DNA from: the human T2T-CHM13v2.0 reference genome, Homo sapiens
Reading direction: 5' to 3' (one strand)
NCBI RefSeq assembly: GCF_009914755.1
Contig: NC_060933.1
Length of the DNA: 64,000 bases
The position numbers were made by a program, and so were the translations under genes. Numbering within the stretch: the stretch's first letter is position 1; every line of letters starts with the position of its first letter. Below are positions 30,008 through 43,769 of this stretch, piece after piece. The notes beneath the pieces were generated by a model. The model ran no database searches. It worked only from the letters and a program-made list of their open reading frames with translations, and had not been told where the DNA came from.

Positions 30008-31017
30008 GAAGGAGAGCAAGGGAGAGAGGGATGGAGAAATAGAACCAGAGGGAGAGAGAGAGACAGCGATAGAGAGAGAGAGAGAGACAGAAAAGGGGGG
30101 AGGAGAGAGAGAGGGGGGAAGAGAGAGCACCACAGTAGAGCGCGAGGTGGAGGGGGAAGTAGAGAAAGGGAGAGGGTGAGGGAGTTGTGGAGCGACAGCG
30201 ACAGAGCCTTGGAGAGGGAGGCTCTGCTCAGGTAGACAGGGCACCTTTCAGCAGGCCGGGGTGGGGTGGAGGGTTCTTGGGCCGGGCTAGAACAGGGGGT
30301 CAGGGCCCCCCACCCAGGAAAACCAATGGAGCCCTGAGACTTGTTTTTTTTCTTGGATTGGTTGGTTGCTTTGGGGGTGCGTTTCATAAGGTCCTTCCTT
30401 TGTTTGCTTCTTTCTGTCTCCTTGATGCGGTGGGCCCCGAGATTTGTAGAGTGTGCTCGTGTGTCTGGCGGGAGCCGTGGCGCCGAGCCTGTCCACGGGG
30501 CGAGGCCTGGGTCTCTCTCCTGTCCTCCGGACTGGAGTTTACACGAAGTCGGTGGCATTGGGAAACAGGGTGCACAGGGACGGATTTCCTCGTGGCTGGC
30601 GAAGAAAATGTCCTTCCTCTGGGGAAAGCAGCCCTCGGGTTCTGGAGCGGAGATCTTGGCTGGGGTCTGTGGCACCCGCTGCCCCTGCTCGCCCCTCCCA
30701 CCGGCTTGGACGGTTGCAGTGACGCTGAATGAATGAATACAATTGCCTGGGAGTCCGGGGAGCGTGAAGAGACCCGGGACCTCAGGGAACCCGCGCCTGC
30801 ACCCTCGGGGTCGGTCCCGTCCCGCCCGGGTTGGGTGGGGCTGCCGCGAGTCGGAAGAGGTGGGATGCTGCTGCCTGGCGGTGCTGCAGTGGCGGATCTT
30901 CAGGAGGAGGTCCTGGGCTTCGGCTGGGGCACGGGGGCGGTCAACGGGGAGCAGAGGCGGGGCGCAGTTGGGAAGCACGGAGACAAAAGGGGGAAAGAAG
31001 GAGGGAGCGGGAAGCCA

Positions 31018-31137
31018 AAAGCCTACGGTACCGCTATTACCAGGCGGAATCCCATCCAAGTACTAACCAGTCCCGACCCTGCTTAGCTTCAACAGATCAG
31101 AGGCGAGCGGGCGCGTTCAGGGTGGTGTGGCCTAGAC
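31018..31137 (-). rRNA. 5S rRNA pseudogene (RNA5SP-type), full length but diverged
   Basis: + strand aaagcctacggtaccgctattaccaggcggaatcccatccaagtactaaccagtcccgaccctgcttagcttcaacagatcagaggcgagcgggcgcgttcagggtggtgtggcctagac is the reverse complement of 5S; TTTT terminator at 31017-31020. Confidence 0.95.
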
Positions 31138-31157
31138 GCCAGCAGCGGCGCCTGGCT

Positions 31158-31169
31158 GCCCCAAGAGCC
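31158..31169 (-). promoter_or_regulatory. 5S gene upstream D-box
   Basis: Exact GGCTCTTGGGGC at -32..-21 relative to the 5S +1 (31137). Confidence 0.85.
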
Positions 31170-31527
31170 CGGCCCAGCCAAGCCCGCATGACTCCAGGCG
31201 TCACCGCCACCCCGGGGCCGCGGGTCTCGGATCCAGGACCCCCAGAGGCGCTCGCCCGTGCCCCCGGGCAGCTGTCTCCCTCTACACCCGAGGACCGCCG
31301 GCCTCCCAGAGAGTCCCGCCGTCTCCAGCGGCCAGGCCTGGCTCAGGACCAATGTGGCACCGCCCTGCTGTTGTTGGGGGGCGCCGCCGGAGGCCTCTGT
31401 CCCCTGCGCAGGCTTCCGGCTCTAGGGGCGGCCTCCTTTCCGCCCACGCTCCAGTCCTTCCGGGAGCTCCGGAGCTCCGGGGCTTCCACCACATCTGCCG
31501 GCTCAGGACGGGTCGTGCTCATCCCTT

Positions 31528-33389
31528 AACTTTTTAACTTTTTGTTGTTTCTATTTATATTTTATTGTGCTATGTCTTGAAATGTTGTTGTAGCTATTAC
31601 TTTTGATTGGATATTACTTAGTATTCCTACTTTAAATAAGAGTAGTTTGCACACCACACAGCTATAGTGTTATAATATTCTGTTTTGTTTTGTATCCTAT
31701 TAGCAGTGAGGATTTTTTTTTACCTTTAGGTGATCATTTATTACTCATTAATGTCCTTTTCTTCCTGATTGAAGTACTCCCTTTAGCATTCCTTTAGGAC
31801 AGGTATGGTATTCATAAAATACTTCAGCTTTTGTTTGTCTGAAAAAGTCAGTATTCTTTTTTTTTGAAGAACATTTTCACTGTATATTCTATTCTAAGGT
31901 AAAAGTTTCTTTCCTTTAGTACTTTAAATATTTATTGCTTCTCTCTCCCGGCCAGTAGAGTTTCCACTGTAAAGTCTGCTGCCAGACATGTTGGAGCTCC
32001 CCAGTAGGTTATTTGTTTCTTTTCTCTTTCTTGCTTAAGAACTTTTATCTTTGACTTTTGGAAGACTATTGAATGCTTCGAAGTAGTGTTTTTTGGGTTA
32101 AATCTGCTTAATGTTCTATAACATTTTTGTAGTTGGATATGGATGTCTTTCTCTAGGTTTGGAAAGTTCTCTGTTATTATCCCTTTGAATAAATTTTTCT
32201 ACCCCTGCCTCTTTCTCTACATCTTCTTTAAAACCAATAACTCTTAGATCTGTCTTTGTGAGGCTATTTTCTAGATCCTCCCCTGCCTCTTTCTTTACAT
32301 CTTCTTTAAAACAAATAACTCTTAGATCTGTCTTTGTGAGGCTATTTTCTAGATCCTGTCGGCATGATTTGTTGTTTTTATTCTTTTTCTTTTGTCTCTT
32401 CTATGTATTTTCAAAGAGCCTGTCTTCAAGCTCACTATTTCTTCTGCTTGATCCATTCTGCTATTACATGGCTCTAATGCATTCTTCAGCATGCCAATTG
32501 CATTTTTCAGCTCAGAATGTCTGCTTAATTTACTGTAACTATTTCAATCTCTTTGTTGAGTTTAGCTGATAAAATTTGGAATTTCCTTACTTTGTTATCT
32601 TAAATTTCTTTCAGTTTTTTTTTTTTTTTAAATACAGCTATTTTGAATTCTCTGTCTGAAACATCACATATCTCTTTTTCTCCAGGATTTGTCCCCAGTG
32701 CCTTATTTAGTTCACTTGGTGAGGTCATGTTTTCCTGGATGGTGTTGATGCTAGTAGATGTTCTTCAGTGTCTGGACATTAAAATCTTGGGCATGCAGCA
32801 CCATATGAGAAGTTTAAAAAATAAAATTTAAAGAGAGAAAAGGTGAGTATTTATTGTAGTCTTCACTGTCTGGGATTATTTGTAGCTATCTTTCTTGGGA
32901 AGGCTTTTCACATATTTGAAAAGAGTTGGGTGTTGTGATCTAAGCCATATCTGCTTTATGGAGCACCTTATACCCAATAATGCTGTAATTCTTCCAGACT
33001 CAGAGAAGTACCACCTTGACAGCCTTCAACAAGATCCAGGAGAATTTTCTGGATTACTAGCCACAGACTCTTTCCCTACCCTTATTTTCTCTCAAAGATA
33101 CAGAGTCTTTCTCTCTGTTCTAAGCCACCTAAAGCTGGGAGAAGAAAGACACAAGCACCTCTGGCCACCACCACTATGACTGCCCTGGATCAGACCTGAA
33201 GCTAGCACAGCACAGGTCTTGCTCAAGTCCTGCTGCATGCAATTTCTGACGACTCCCTATGTTCACTCAAGGCCTTTGGTCTCTACAATTAGCAGGTGGC
33301 AAAGCCAGACAGGCCTGTGTTCTTTCCTTTAGGGCAGTGAGATCCCTCAGTCCCTGGCTGGGTCCAGAAGTGCTATTCAGAAGTCAGGG
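31528..33389 (-). mobile_element. Old L1M 5'UTR/ORF1 fragment
   Basis: aaagtctgctgccagac, ggtgaggtcatgttttcctggatggt, ctggccaccaccactatgactgccctgg. Confidence 0.8.
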
Positions 33390-35650
33390 CTTTGGCCACT
33401 TTTTAATAGGGTTTTTTGTTTTTCTCTTGTAAATTTAAGTTCCTCATATTGAATATTAGATCTTTGTCAGATACATAGTTTGTAAATATTTTTTCCTCAT
33501 TCTATAGGTTGTTCACTCTATTGATAATTTCTTTTGCTGAGCAGAAGCTTTTAAGTTTAATTAGATCCCACTTGTCAATAGTTGTATTTGTTGTTTTTGG
33601 TGTCTTTATCATGAAATCTTTGCCTCTTTCTATGTCCAGGATGGTATTGTCTAGGTTGTCTTCCAGAGCTTTTATAGTTTTGGGTTTTACATTTAAGTAT
33701 TTAATCCATCTTGAGTTGATTTTTGTATATGGTATAAGGAAGAAGTCCAACTTCAATCTTCTGCATATGGCTAGCCAGTTATCCCAGCACCATTTATTGA
33801 ATAGGGAATCTTTTCCTCATTGATTGTTTTTGCCAGCTTTGTGAAAGATTACCTAGTTGTAGGTATGTGGTCTTACTTCTAACCTCTCTATTCTGTTCCA
33901 CTGGTGTATGTGTCTGTTTTTGTACTAGTACCATGCTGTTTTGGTTACTATGGTGCTGTAGGTTAGTTTGAAGTCGGGTAATGTGATGCCTCAAGCTTTG
34001 TTCTTTTTGCTTAGGATTGCCTTGGCTACTTAGGTTCTTTCTTGGTTCTATATGAATTTTTAAATAGCTTTTTTCTACTTCTGTGAAGCATGTCATTGGT
34101 AGTTTAATAGGAATAGCTTTGGACAGTACAACCATTTAAATGATATTAATTCTTTCTCTCCATTAAGATGGAATGATTTTTCATTTATTTGTGTCTTCTC
34201 TGACTTCTTTGAGCAGTGTTTTGTAATTTTCATTGTAGAGATTTTTCACCTCCCTGGTTAGCTGTATTTGTATGTACTTTATTCTTTTTGTGGAAATTGT
34301 GAATAAAATTGCCTCTCTGATTTGGCTCTTAGTTTGGCTCTTCTTGGTGTATAGGAATGCTAGCAAATTTCGTACATTGATTTTGTGTCCTGAAACTTTG
34401 TGGAAGTTGTTTATCAGCTTAAGGAGTTTTGGGTCACAACTATAGGGTTTAGATACAGAATTATGTTGTCTGCAAACAGAGGTAGTTGGACTTCTCTTTC
34501 TATTTAAATACACTTTATTTCTTTCTCTTGTCTGATTGCTCCAGAAAGGACTTCTAATACTATGTTGAATAGGAGTGGTGAGAGAGGGCATCCTTGTCTT
34601 GTGCGGGTTTCAAGGAGGATGCTTCAAGATTTTGCCCATTTAGTATAATGTTGGCTGTGAGTTTGTCATAGGTGGCCTTTATTATTTTGAGGTATGTTCC
34701 TTTGATACCTCATTTATAGAGAATTTTTAACTTGAAGCTTTGTTGAATTTTACTGAAAGTCTTTTCTGCATCTGTTGAGACAATCACGTGGTTATTATCT
34801 TTAGTTTTATTTATGTTATGAATCACATTTTATTGATTTGCCCATGATGGACCACCCTTCCATTCCAGGGAAGAAGCTTATTTCACTATGGTGAATTAGC
34901 CTTTTGATGTGTTGCTAGATTCAGTTTGCAAGTATTTTGTTGTGGATCATTGAATGGATGTTCATCAAGGATACTGGCCTGAAGTTTTCTTTTTTTGTTT
35001 TGTCACTGCCAGGCTTTGGTATCAGGATGATTCTGGCCTCATAGAACAAGTTGGGGAAGAGTCCCTCCTCCTCTATTTCTTGAAATAGTTTCAGTAGGAC
35101 TGGTACTGGCTCTTCTTTGTACATCTGTTAAAATTTGTTAATCTATCAGGTCGTGGGCTTTTTGGGGGTTGGTAGGCTATTTATTACGGATTCAATTTTT
35201 GGAGCTCATAATTGGTCTGCTCAGAGACTGAATTTCTTCCTGGTTCAGTCTTGAGAGAGTATATGTGTCCAGGAATTTATTAATCTCTTCTAGGGTTTCT
35301 AGTTTGTGTGTATAGAGGTGCTCGTAGTAGTTACTGGTTGTTATTTTTTTTCCTCTGGGGTCAGTGGTAACATTCCCTTCATCATTTCTAATTTTCTTTA
35401 TTTGAATCTTCTCTCATCTTCTTTATTAATCTAGCTAGTGCCCTATCTTAGTAATTTTTTCAAAAAACCTTGATTAAGTGATCTTTTGAACAGTTTTTCA
35501 TGTCTCAATTTCTTTCAATTCAGCTCTGATTTTAGTTATTTCTTGTCTTCTATAAGCTTTGTGGTTGAGTTCTCCTTGCTTCTCTAATTCTTTCAGTTGT
35601 GATGTTAGGTTGTTAATTTGAGATATTTCTAATTTTTTGATATGGGCATT
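33390..35650 (-). mobile_element. L1 (old L1PA/L1PB) ORF2 fragment
   Basis: ORF2 peptides [37 protein letters not shown]. Confidence 0.9.
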
Positions 35651-36565
35651 ACTTCTTATGCCCTACTCTAAATTTTGTTCTTCTAGAAAACTCAGAACTA
35701 TGCTTTCTAAACCAATTCAAACTTTCTCAGTGAATCAACCTGGACTCCCTGAGGCCAAGTTAGCAATTTTCCATTACACTTGGTTCTCTTTCTCTGTAAG
35801 AATATCTAATGCAACAATTCAAGTGTTTCTTTCCCTCCTGGTAATGCGGGGAACTCCTTTTGGCTGAGACCAAGACTTAAAACCTTGTTCTTTCAACATT
35901 AATGAAGATCTATTTAGAAAGCCTCCATTTTTGCAGAAAAGATATATAAACACCAATGAAAATCAATATGAAATTATATGACATACAATTATATTGTGGA
36001 AAGACTGAATAAATAAGTGAACTAAGCTCTAAGAAAAAAAGATGATGATATAAAATGATATAGAAGTAAAAACCTGGGCTGGTATAGCATAATTAATGTA
36101 TCAGTAAAGTATGTACATTGTAGAAGTGGCAGGAAGACAGCATAGAGAGTGAGACCTGACCAAAAGCTTTAAGGAAAGTTCTATACCCTTAAACGAGATT
36201 AAAGTGGACTCAGGAAAACATGGGCCACATGAGGGGAAGGACACATATTCCAGACGAGCCAAAGCTCAGAGCATCTCTACCTTCTCCAGGAGGAAAGGGG
36301 AGGCAAAGCAGCAGGCAGAAGACAGCACGGCCAGGTCAGCACAGGGCACCCAGGCCAAGCCAGGTGGGCTCCATCATACAGGTAGTGAGGAGTCACTGCC
36401 AGGTGGGCTTTATTCATTAGTTTGTTTTGTTTCTTTTAGTAAGGAAGACACATGATCAAAGTTGACCTTTGTAAGTGTTGCTGCAGCTGAACAAAAAGAT
36501 GGATAAAACCAGTGTTTTAAAAATTATGTTGTATAGAGCACTAGCCTCAGTGAGATATTAGTAGA

Positions 36566-36574
36566 ACACACAGG

Positions 36575-36603
<29 letters not shown>
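36566..36603. repeat. (CA)n microsatellite
   Basis: cacacacacacacacacacac run. Confidence 0.9.
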
Positions 36604-36605
<2 letters not shown>

Positions 36606-37966
36606 AGCCCAGATTATTCTGGCAAATGCTGGGTTAAGCAAACTAAAAGAAACATCTTTAGTGCTGGACTTCTCAGAACCTGGAATGTCGCTATATGACT
36701 CATAAAACAGCAAGGTTAAGACAGAACATGTCATTTTTTCCCAGAAATGCTGAAACACTTTCCTTCCCTTGGCTTCAGTGTCACCTTCTTTCTCCTGGTT
36801 CTCCATCAACCTCTTTGGCTGATCCTTCTTGATTTCCTTCTTGACAATCTGCTGCTGCTCAGCCATTCTCTTTTCATTCCCCATGGATTTCTCAAGTGCG
36901 TTTCTATTCCTGCATTTTAAACTTTCCTTGTTTTTCCTGACACCTCTCCTTGTCTGACTCACCCCTGTTCTAAGGCAGGTGTTCCATCTGTGTGTGCTTT
37001 TGGCACCCTGGGATGCTCCCAGCATGTTCCCTGCCACACTCCATCAGGTTTTCTCCGCAGACTCTGTGAGGGCAGCAGCCTTGTCTCCACCATTCCTTCA
37101 ATGCTCAGCACATAACACAGAAGCTGACTCCATAACATTTAGTTGGCCAACTGAGACTAAATATATGTTCCTCTAGATCTTAAAAAGTTACAGAAACATA
37201 GCACAATAGACAAAATATTCTCTTTAGTCAGGAGTTCTCTATATATGTACAACAGTTTGAAGTCATTATTAAAGCAAAGTGAAAGAGAAACTGTCACAGA
37301 ATTCCCCAAGATAAATTATTTTTCTTTAGTCTTCATCATGTGAGATAATCAAGACCACGTGTTATTGTAAATATTTCTAGCTTACAACACAACGACCTGA
37401 TTTTTATTGTGTGAAATAACCGCAATATAAATCAGTTAATTAAAAATTGCATAAATAATCCTTTCAAATAAAATTCTGCCTAAATTTTACATTATTCATA
37501 TGTTCAAATGATAATGAGCTCATAGGCTTTTCCAATACCTCAGTCAAAACACTGTACTGATTCCAGCTGTGGGAATAGTATCTGAAAGTTATTTTACAGA
37601 TGGGGAACAGGTACTTACCTGACATTGGCCTTTACACTACTGTGCCCTTTTAGGTCAGGAAAAAGCTGTTCCCTTAAAATCCTAAAATCTCTTCTGTCAG
37701 GTCTGAAGGGTGGGTGGGAAACACAGTTTTACAAATTTTAGCCACAGATGTTTTATTCCTTGCTTAAAGCAGTGACTAGATAAAGGCCACTAGAAGAGTC
37801 TCCAATGTTTCTTTAGAAGCGTGTGCCTGAGAACATCTTCCAGAAACACTCCCTTGTCTCTGCCCAAAATCACCTTAGGTAGGAAAATCAAAACTCAGCA
37901 GGCTGAGGGATCCAAGGGGATCACTGAGCTCTGAGTCTTATGAGAGAAGAGAGAGAGGTCTAAGAC

Positions 37967-38490
37967 TTTTTGTGTATAAATTTATGGGTTCCAAGTGTAA
38001 TTTTGCTGTAAGCATGGATGGCATAGTGGTGAAGTCAGGGCTTTTAGGTATCCATCACCAGAATAATGCACATTGTACCCATTAAGTAATTTCTCACTGT
38101 TCACCCCTTCCATCCCCTCACCCTGCTGAGTCTCCATTATCATTCCACTCTCTACGTCAATATCTACACATCTTTTAGCACCCACTTATGAGTGATACAA
38201 TATGATGTTTACTCTGTGTCTGGCTTGCTTCACTTACAACAATGGCCTCCAGTTCCATCCATGTGTCTGCAAAAGTTATAATTCTATTGTTTTTTATGCC
38301 TGAATGGTATTTCATTGTGTATATTTTCTACATTTTCTTTCTCCAATCATTTGTTGATGGGTATTTAGTTTCATTTTATGTCTGTGCTACTGTGAATAGT
38401 GTTGCAACAAATACACAAGTACAGTTATCTTTCTGATACATTGATTTCTTTTCCTTTGCATAAATACTCAGTGGTGGGATTGCTGAATCA
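37967..38490 (-). mobile_element. L1MA 3' end
   Basis: gcatagtggtgaagtcagggcttttagg...cattgtacccattaagtaatttctc...gtggtgggattgctgaatca. Confidence 0.85.
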
Positions 38491-39057
38491 GACAGAGCCA
38501 ATAGATGATCAGTAATGGTGGCCAATCATCAGCTAGAAAGAAAGTGCTTAGCAGGGCTTGAAAACACCAAAACTCTGAGACCACTGACCTTCAAAAACTT
38601 CAACAGCCCTGAGTGAAAAGTCCAAACACATTTATCTACCATTCGAAGACGCTTTATTGTCTGTCCTCTGCACATCTCAGTAGTCTCTTTTTACCACACT
38701 GTCTATATACTGCATGAGCCATTTATATGAAACTATCTGACACTCCAAGGCATCTTGTACTATATATTCAACTATGTATCCCTAGTACCTAGCACAGTCC
38801 TGGCATATAGTTTGCTACTAAACTTTTACAGAATGAAGGAATTATCTTGTATTCAGGTTCCAAGTTTTAAGGTGATTCTTCAGTAAAAAAAAGTATTACA
38901 GTTCACAAATAATCTACTTCCCTTTTTACAAATGGGATCAATTTTAATCTTATCTCCTAATAACATTACTTTCATTTACTCTGATCTAAATATACTGTCC
39001 TAAGAGAGCAATAAGAAAGAGAGTTGAAGCTGGAGTTTGAAGAATTGTACATGGTCC

Positions 39058-39586
39058 TGTGATACCCTACCTTGTTTTAACCTGAGTGACTCTCTCCTAG
39101 CGGAGAGAGAGCCGGACAGACTCCATTTTAGTTTCTTCACGTGCAGCCCCCTTTACCTTCCACCCTTAATTGCATAACTAGTGTAAACTGACTCAAAGCA
39201 GGTCCAGGAATGCACTTAGTGATAAGATATTGAGGCAAGCTGCACCAGCTGCTCCTGGGTACGCACTCGGTGAATGTCACGCAAAACCCCTGCATTTCTC
39301 TCTTTGTGATAGTTTAAGCCCCTGCACCTGGAACTGTTTATTTGTTTTGTAACTGCTATTGTAACCAATTAATATTTTAACTATTTGCCAGCTCTGCTTC
39401 TGTAAAACTTGTTTCAGCTAAACTCCCCCCTCCCCTATTTAGACCACGGTATATAAACAAAACCAGCCCCTTCCTCGGGGCCAAGAGAATTTTGAGCATT
39501 ACATGCCTCTCGGTTACCGGCTAATAAAGGACTCCTTAATTTGTCTCAAAGTGTGGCATTCCTCTATAACTCGCTTGGTTACAACA
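39058..39586 (+). mobile_element. Solo LTR, LTR6-like (HERV-S71/ERV1)
   Basis: TG...CA termini (tgtgataccctacc...ggttacaaca); 4-bp TSD GTCC at 39054-39057 and 39587-39590; TATATAAA at 39450-39457; AATAAA at 39523-39528. Confidence 0.85.
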
Positions 39587-41339
39587 GTCCACACTGTGGC
39601 CTGAGGTGCATTGCCCACCTGAGCTTCATCTGTTATGTATGTCAGGGAATATAAGCAGGGTGAGAGTGGCCTCATCAGAGGACCCCAGATCTCTGGCTTA
39701 CCCATCTGGCAAGTGCACCTCTGTGAGCAAAGACTTCAGAGCCAGGTGACAAGAATGGCCCAAGCAGTCCACCAGGAAAACCTGGGCCCAGTGTACGTCA
39801 ATGCAGAGCATCAAGCATGGTGTAACAGGTGCACAGTTGCCTACTCCTGTTCAGAGATGACTGCATCCCACATACCGTAAAATGAGGAAATGCATAGAAG
39901 CAGATGTAACTGAAGAAGACAGCAGAAGCAACAAGGAGGGACAACCAGGACCTAGGAGGGCACCATGCCAGAGACGCCTGGACCCCATGCTAGGCTCAGT
40001 GCCTGTTATACTCTTGGGAGCCAGCACTTTCCCTCTCCATCACATGGCATACTTGCCATTATTTGTTGTGTAAAATATTGTCCTTAGTTTTCACCTTTCC
40101 TAGGAGACACAGGCAGAGCCTGTGACACTACAGCTTCTGGCACACAGTAGGTAGGTGCATCACAAACATCTGCTGAGTTCACACACTCTTGCCTTCTCAA
40201 AACTTCTTGTCAAGTCTTCAGTGAAAAGGAATTGCTGATTGAGCAAGAATTAAACTTCTAGAGACTCCTGGATCCACTGAAGTTTGAGACAAGGTGAGAT
40301 TTGTTTACTGTCATATTCCTAGCTCATAACATATTGTAGTCACTTAAAAAAGTTTGTTGAATAAGTGAGTAAATTGATTCATACGTCATACTTAGCTATA
40401 TATTTTCTGAGTAGAATTGATAAAGTTAATAGTTTAAGTCTAGTATAATTTTGCTTTACTCATTCAATGAACCTGACAATTCAAATAGGTGCCAGGCACA
40501 CTGCTGCTGAAGAAAAAGAGGTATAAGATATAATTTCTGTCTACAAGAAAGCCACAGTCTAAAAAGTAGAAACATATGAACAAATCGTAACAATAAATAG
40601 GCTAAATTCAAAATCAGAGGAGTTTGTTTCTATTTTAAACAGCTCTAGTCAGGAAGTGTTAGAGAGTTCTAAACAGGAAATATTCCAACACATCATCTAA
40701 GCATGAAGCAGGAGACACCCATAATTGAGTTTGCTGCCACCAACCCCAACAGCAAGAATTCCAGTCCTGCTGCTGCAAAGTAAGTGTCACTCTGATTTTA
40801 TTGCTGCTGTGTAACCCAGTTTTAGACTCTCTGGTTCTCACTTAATGTTCTAAAAAAGTATTAAAGAGAAAATTTTATTCTGGTGATGAGCCCATCCACT
40901 GCAGCCATCTCAACATCATACCAATTATAAGCCTATCATTTAAAAAGAAAGCTGTTAGTTTAACTTATTTATCCAAATATCAGTATTACGTAAACATATT
41001 TGTCATCAGACTTTGGACTTATGGGTTAAATAGCATATAAATATGATTAGAGCCTTAAAGTTTACACTTCTCTGGTTCGCTCAAATTTTTTTCAAAATAG
41101 CATATGCCTTTCTAAACAATGGTTAGTATATTTTTCAAAATGAACATTAAAATGTATATTTTCCAAAAACAAAATACAGCTCCCATTGGTAAATGATGCT
41201 ATTGAGACACAACAGACAACTTCTCTTGGGAACCATTTAATCAGTGCTCACTTTTGCACTCTTTCCAGAAATGTCAATGGCTTTGAAATATAGAAGTATA
41301 TTATACAAATAAACTTATACTTATTCAGTATTGTGCAAT

Positions 41340-41900
41340 ATTTAGTATTTCTTCTAGCCATCTCTTGCTGAATAGTAAGCCATTCCAAAACTTACGGAAT
41401 TATTTATTGTTTAATATTGTTTATTGTTATTATTTGTTTAGTAATTTTAATAACGTTATTTCTCATGGTTTTGTGGGTTGATGGGCACTACAAAAGTTCT
41501 CTTTTGGAGTCTTTCTTGCAGTTGCGGTTGGTTGGCTGCTGCTGAAGTCACCTGAAAGCTCAATTAGGCTAAAGAGTCTAAACGGGTCACTTACATGGCT
41601 GGCAGTGCATATTGGCTGCTGAGTGTGATGCCTATCTGACCTCTCCATGTTACCTGGAGTGCTCACAACGTGGTAGTTTGTCCCAAGACACACAGGCAAA
41701 TACTACAAAGCTTCTTAGGACCTAGCCTTGGAGGTCCTAGAATACGACTTCTGCTGCATCCTATTGGAAAAGCAAGTCATTGTGACCAGCACAGATTCAA
41801 GAAATGGGAGATTCGACTCTACCTGTCAATGTAAACAGCAGCATGTGCATGCAGGGAGGAAAGAAATTGAGGGCATCATCTTGAAGACTATCATATCACA
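41340..41900 (-). mobile_element. MLT1-family MaLR LTR
   Basis: cacttacatggctggcagt, gacttctgctgcatcctattggaaaagcaagtca, catcttgaagactatcatatcaca. Confidence 0.7.
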
Positions 41901-42583
41901 CCATTATTCCAACTAGTGAACATTATGTTTTAGATGGGTAGTACTAGCTACTCATCTGTCCCCCAGAAACCCAAGCTAAGCATGGACATATTGAAGAGAA
42001 TGTCAGCACCATTAAAAAAACTCTAGAAAAATCACATGTGATGACTGAGGTTAATTCAGTCTGTCAATTACATCAGTATAATTGCCTTCTTGTAACCCTA
42101 AGTATGGTGAAGCAGAATTGAATTCTACAAAAGTCTTTCATCTGTTTTCCTATGGAATAATTAACAAACCCAATAAATGTATAAATAGCATGAAGTCCGA
42201 CTTATTTTAGATTTTTACCTCATAATTTCAAAGCTTATAGAAATCCAGAGAACTAATCATCATAATCCATAATGCCTGGACCAGAAGTCCTTGTTCTAAG
42301 AGTATCTTGTGGCATGCTAAAAATGTATTACTAACTAGGAAATTTAAAACTTTTTTGTTAGTGGTTTTAAGAGAGCTGACTAGCTCATCACCACAATTCA
42401 CACAGATTAAGAAAGGAGGTTACTCTGTGGAGTGGATTCATAGTGATCAGAAAAAAAAAATCACAAAAGAGGAAAGGAGATAGGGAAGGGGAAAGATACT
42501 GTCAATCTCTACAATTAAAGTGATTTTTCGAATGGTTTGATTTTGTATTTGCAAAGGAAAGGCAGCTTAATGTGATAGAATAA

Positions 42584-42901
<318 letters not shown>

Positions 42902-42902
42902 T

Positions 42903-43760
42903 CGTCTTCTTTTGAGAAGTGTCTGCTTATGTCCCTTGTCAATGTTTTAATGGGGTTGTTTTCCTAATGTCCAACATCACTAATCATCAGAGAAATGCAA
43001 GTCAATGAGAGATACCATCTCATATTAGTCAGAATGGCTACTATTAAAAAGTAAAAAAATGACAAATTCTGGTTAGACTTCAGAGAAAATGAAATGCTTA
43101 TACACTGTTGGTGAGAATGTAAATTAGTTCAGCCACTGTGAAAAGCAGTTTGGAGATTTTTCAAAGAATTTAAAACAGAAGTGCCATTCAACCAGCAATT
43201 CCATTACTGAGTATATATCCAAAAGAAAATTAAGAATTCCACAAAAAAGAAACCCCACATGCACTTGTATATGAGTCATATTCTATTCACAATAGGGAAG
43301 GCATGGAATTAACTTATGTGTGAATCAATAAATTGGATAGAAATATGTGCCACATATACGCCATAAAACACTATGCACACATTAAAAAGAATACAATTAT
43401 GTCCTGTGCAGTAACATGCATACGTCTGGAGGCCATTATCATAAGGAAATTAATACAGGAACAGAAAACCAAATACCATATGTTCTTGCCTATAAGTAGG
43501 ATCTAAACATGGGGTACTCATGAATATAAAGATGACAACAATAGACACTGAGAACTACCAGGTGAATGAGGGAAGGAGGAGGGCAGGGGGTGAAAAACCA
43601 TAGGTGCTATGCTTACTGCCTAGGTGATGGGATCAATTATATCCCACAATATATGCTCACTACCTTGGTGATGGGATCAATAATATCCCACATTGCTCAG
43701 CATCACACAATATATCCATGTAATAAACCTGCAAATATACTCCCTGAATCTAAAAATTTT
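42903..43760 (+). mobile_element. L1 3' end (old L1PA/L1PB) with a short inverted 5' segment
   Basis: 42903-42966 is antisense (tcttcttttgagaagtgtctg); sense ORF2 end and 3'UTR start at caacatcactaatcatcagagaaatgcaa. Confidence 0.8.
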
Positions 43761-43769
43761 AAGGCAGAG

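Larger units (their letters stand above)
30008..31527 (-). repeat. Degenerate 5S rDNA repeat unit B (GC-rich spacer around the 5S pseudogene)
   Basis: Paralogous to unit A; truncated at ~31527 where L1M sequence begins. Confidence 0.85.

Noticed and set aside
27864-31537. Overlapping ORFs up to 409 aa
   Set aside because: They run through GC-rich 5S spacer, microsatellites and an LTR on both strands; no recognisable protein
39635-39880. Weak resemblance of VTRMAQAVHQENLGPV to FRG2
   Set aside because: Too short and weak; no other FRG2 segments recognised in the window
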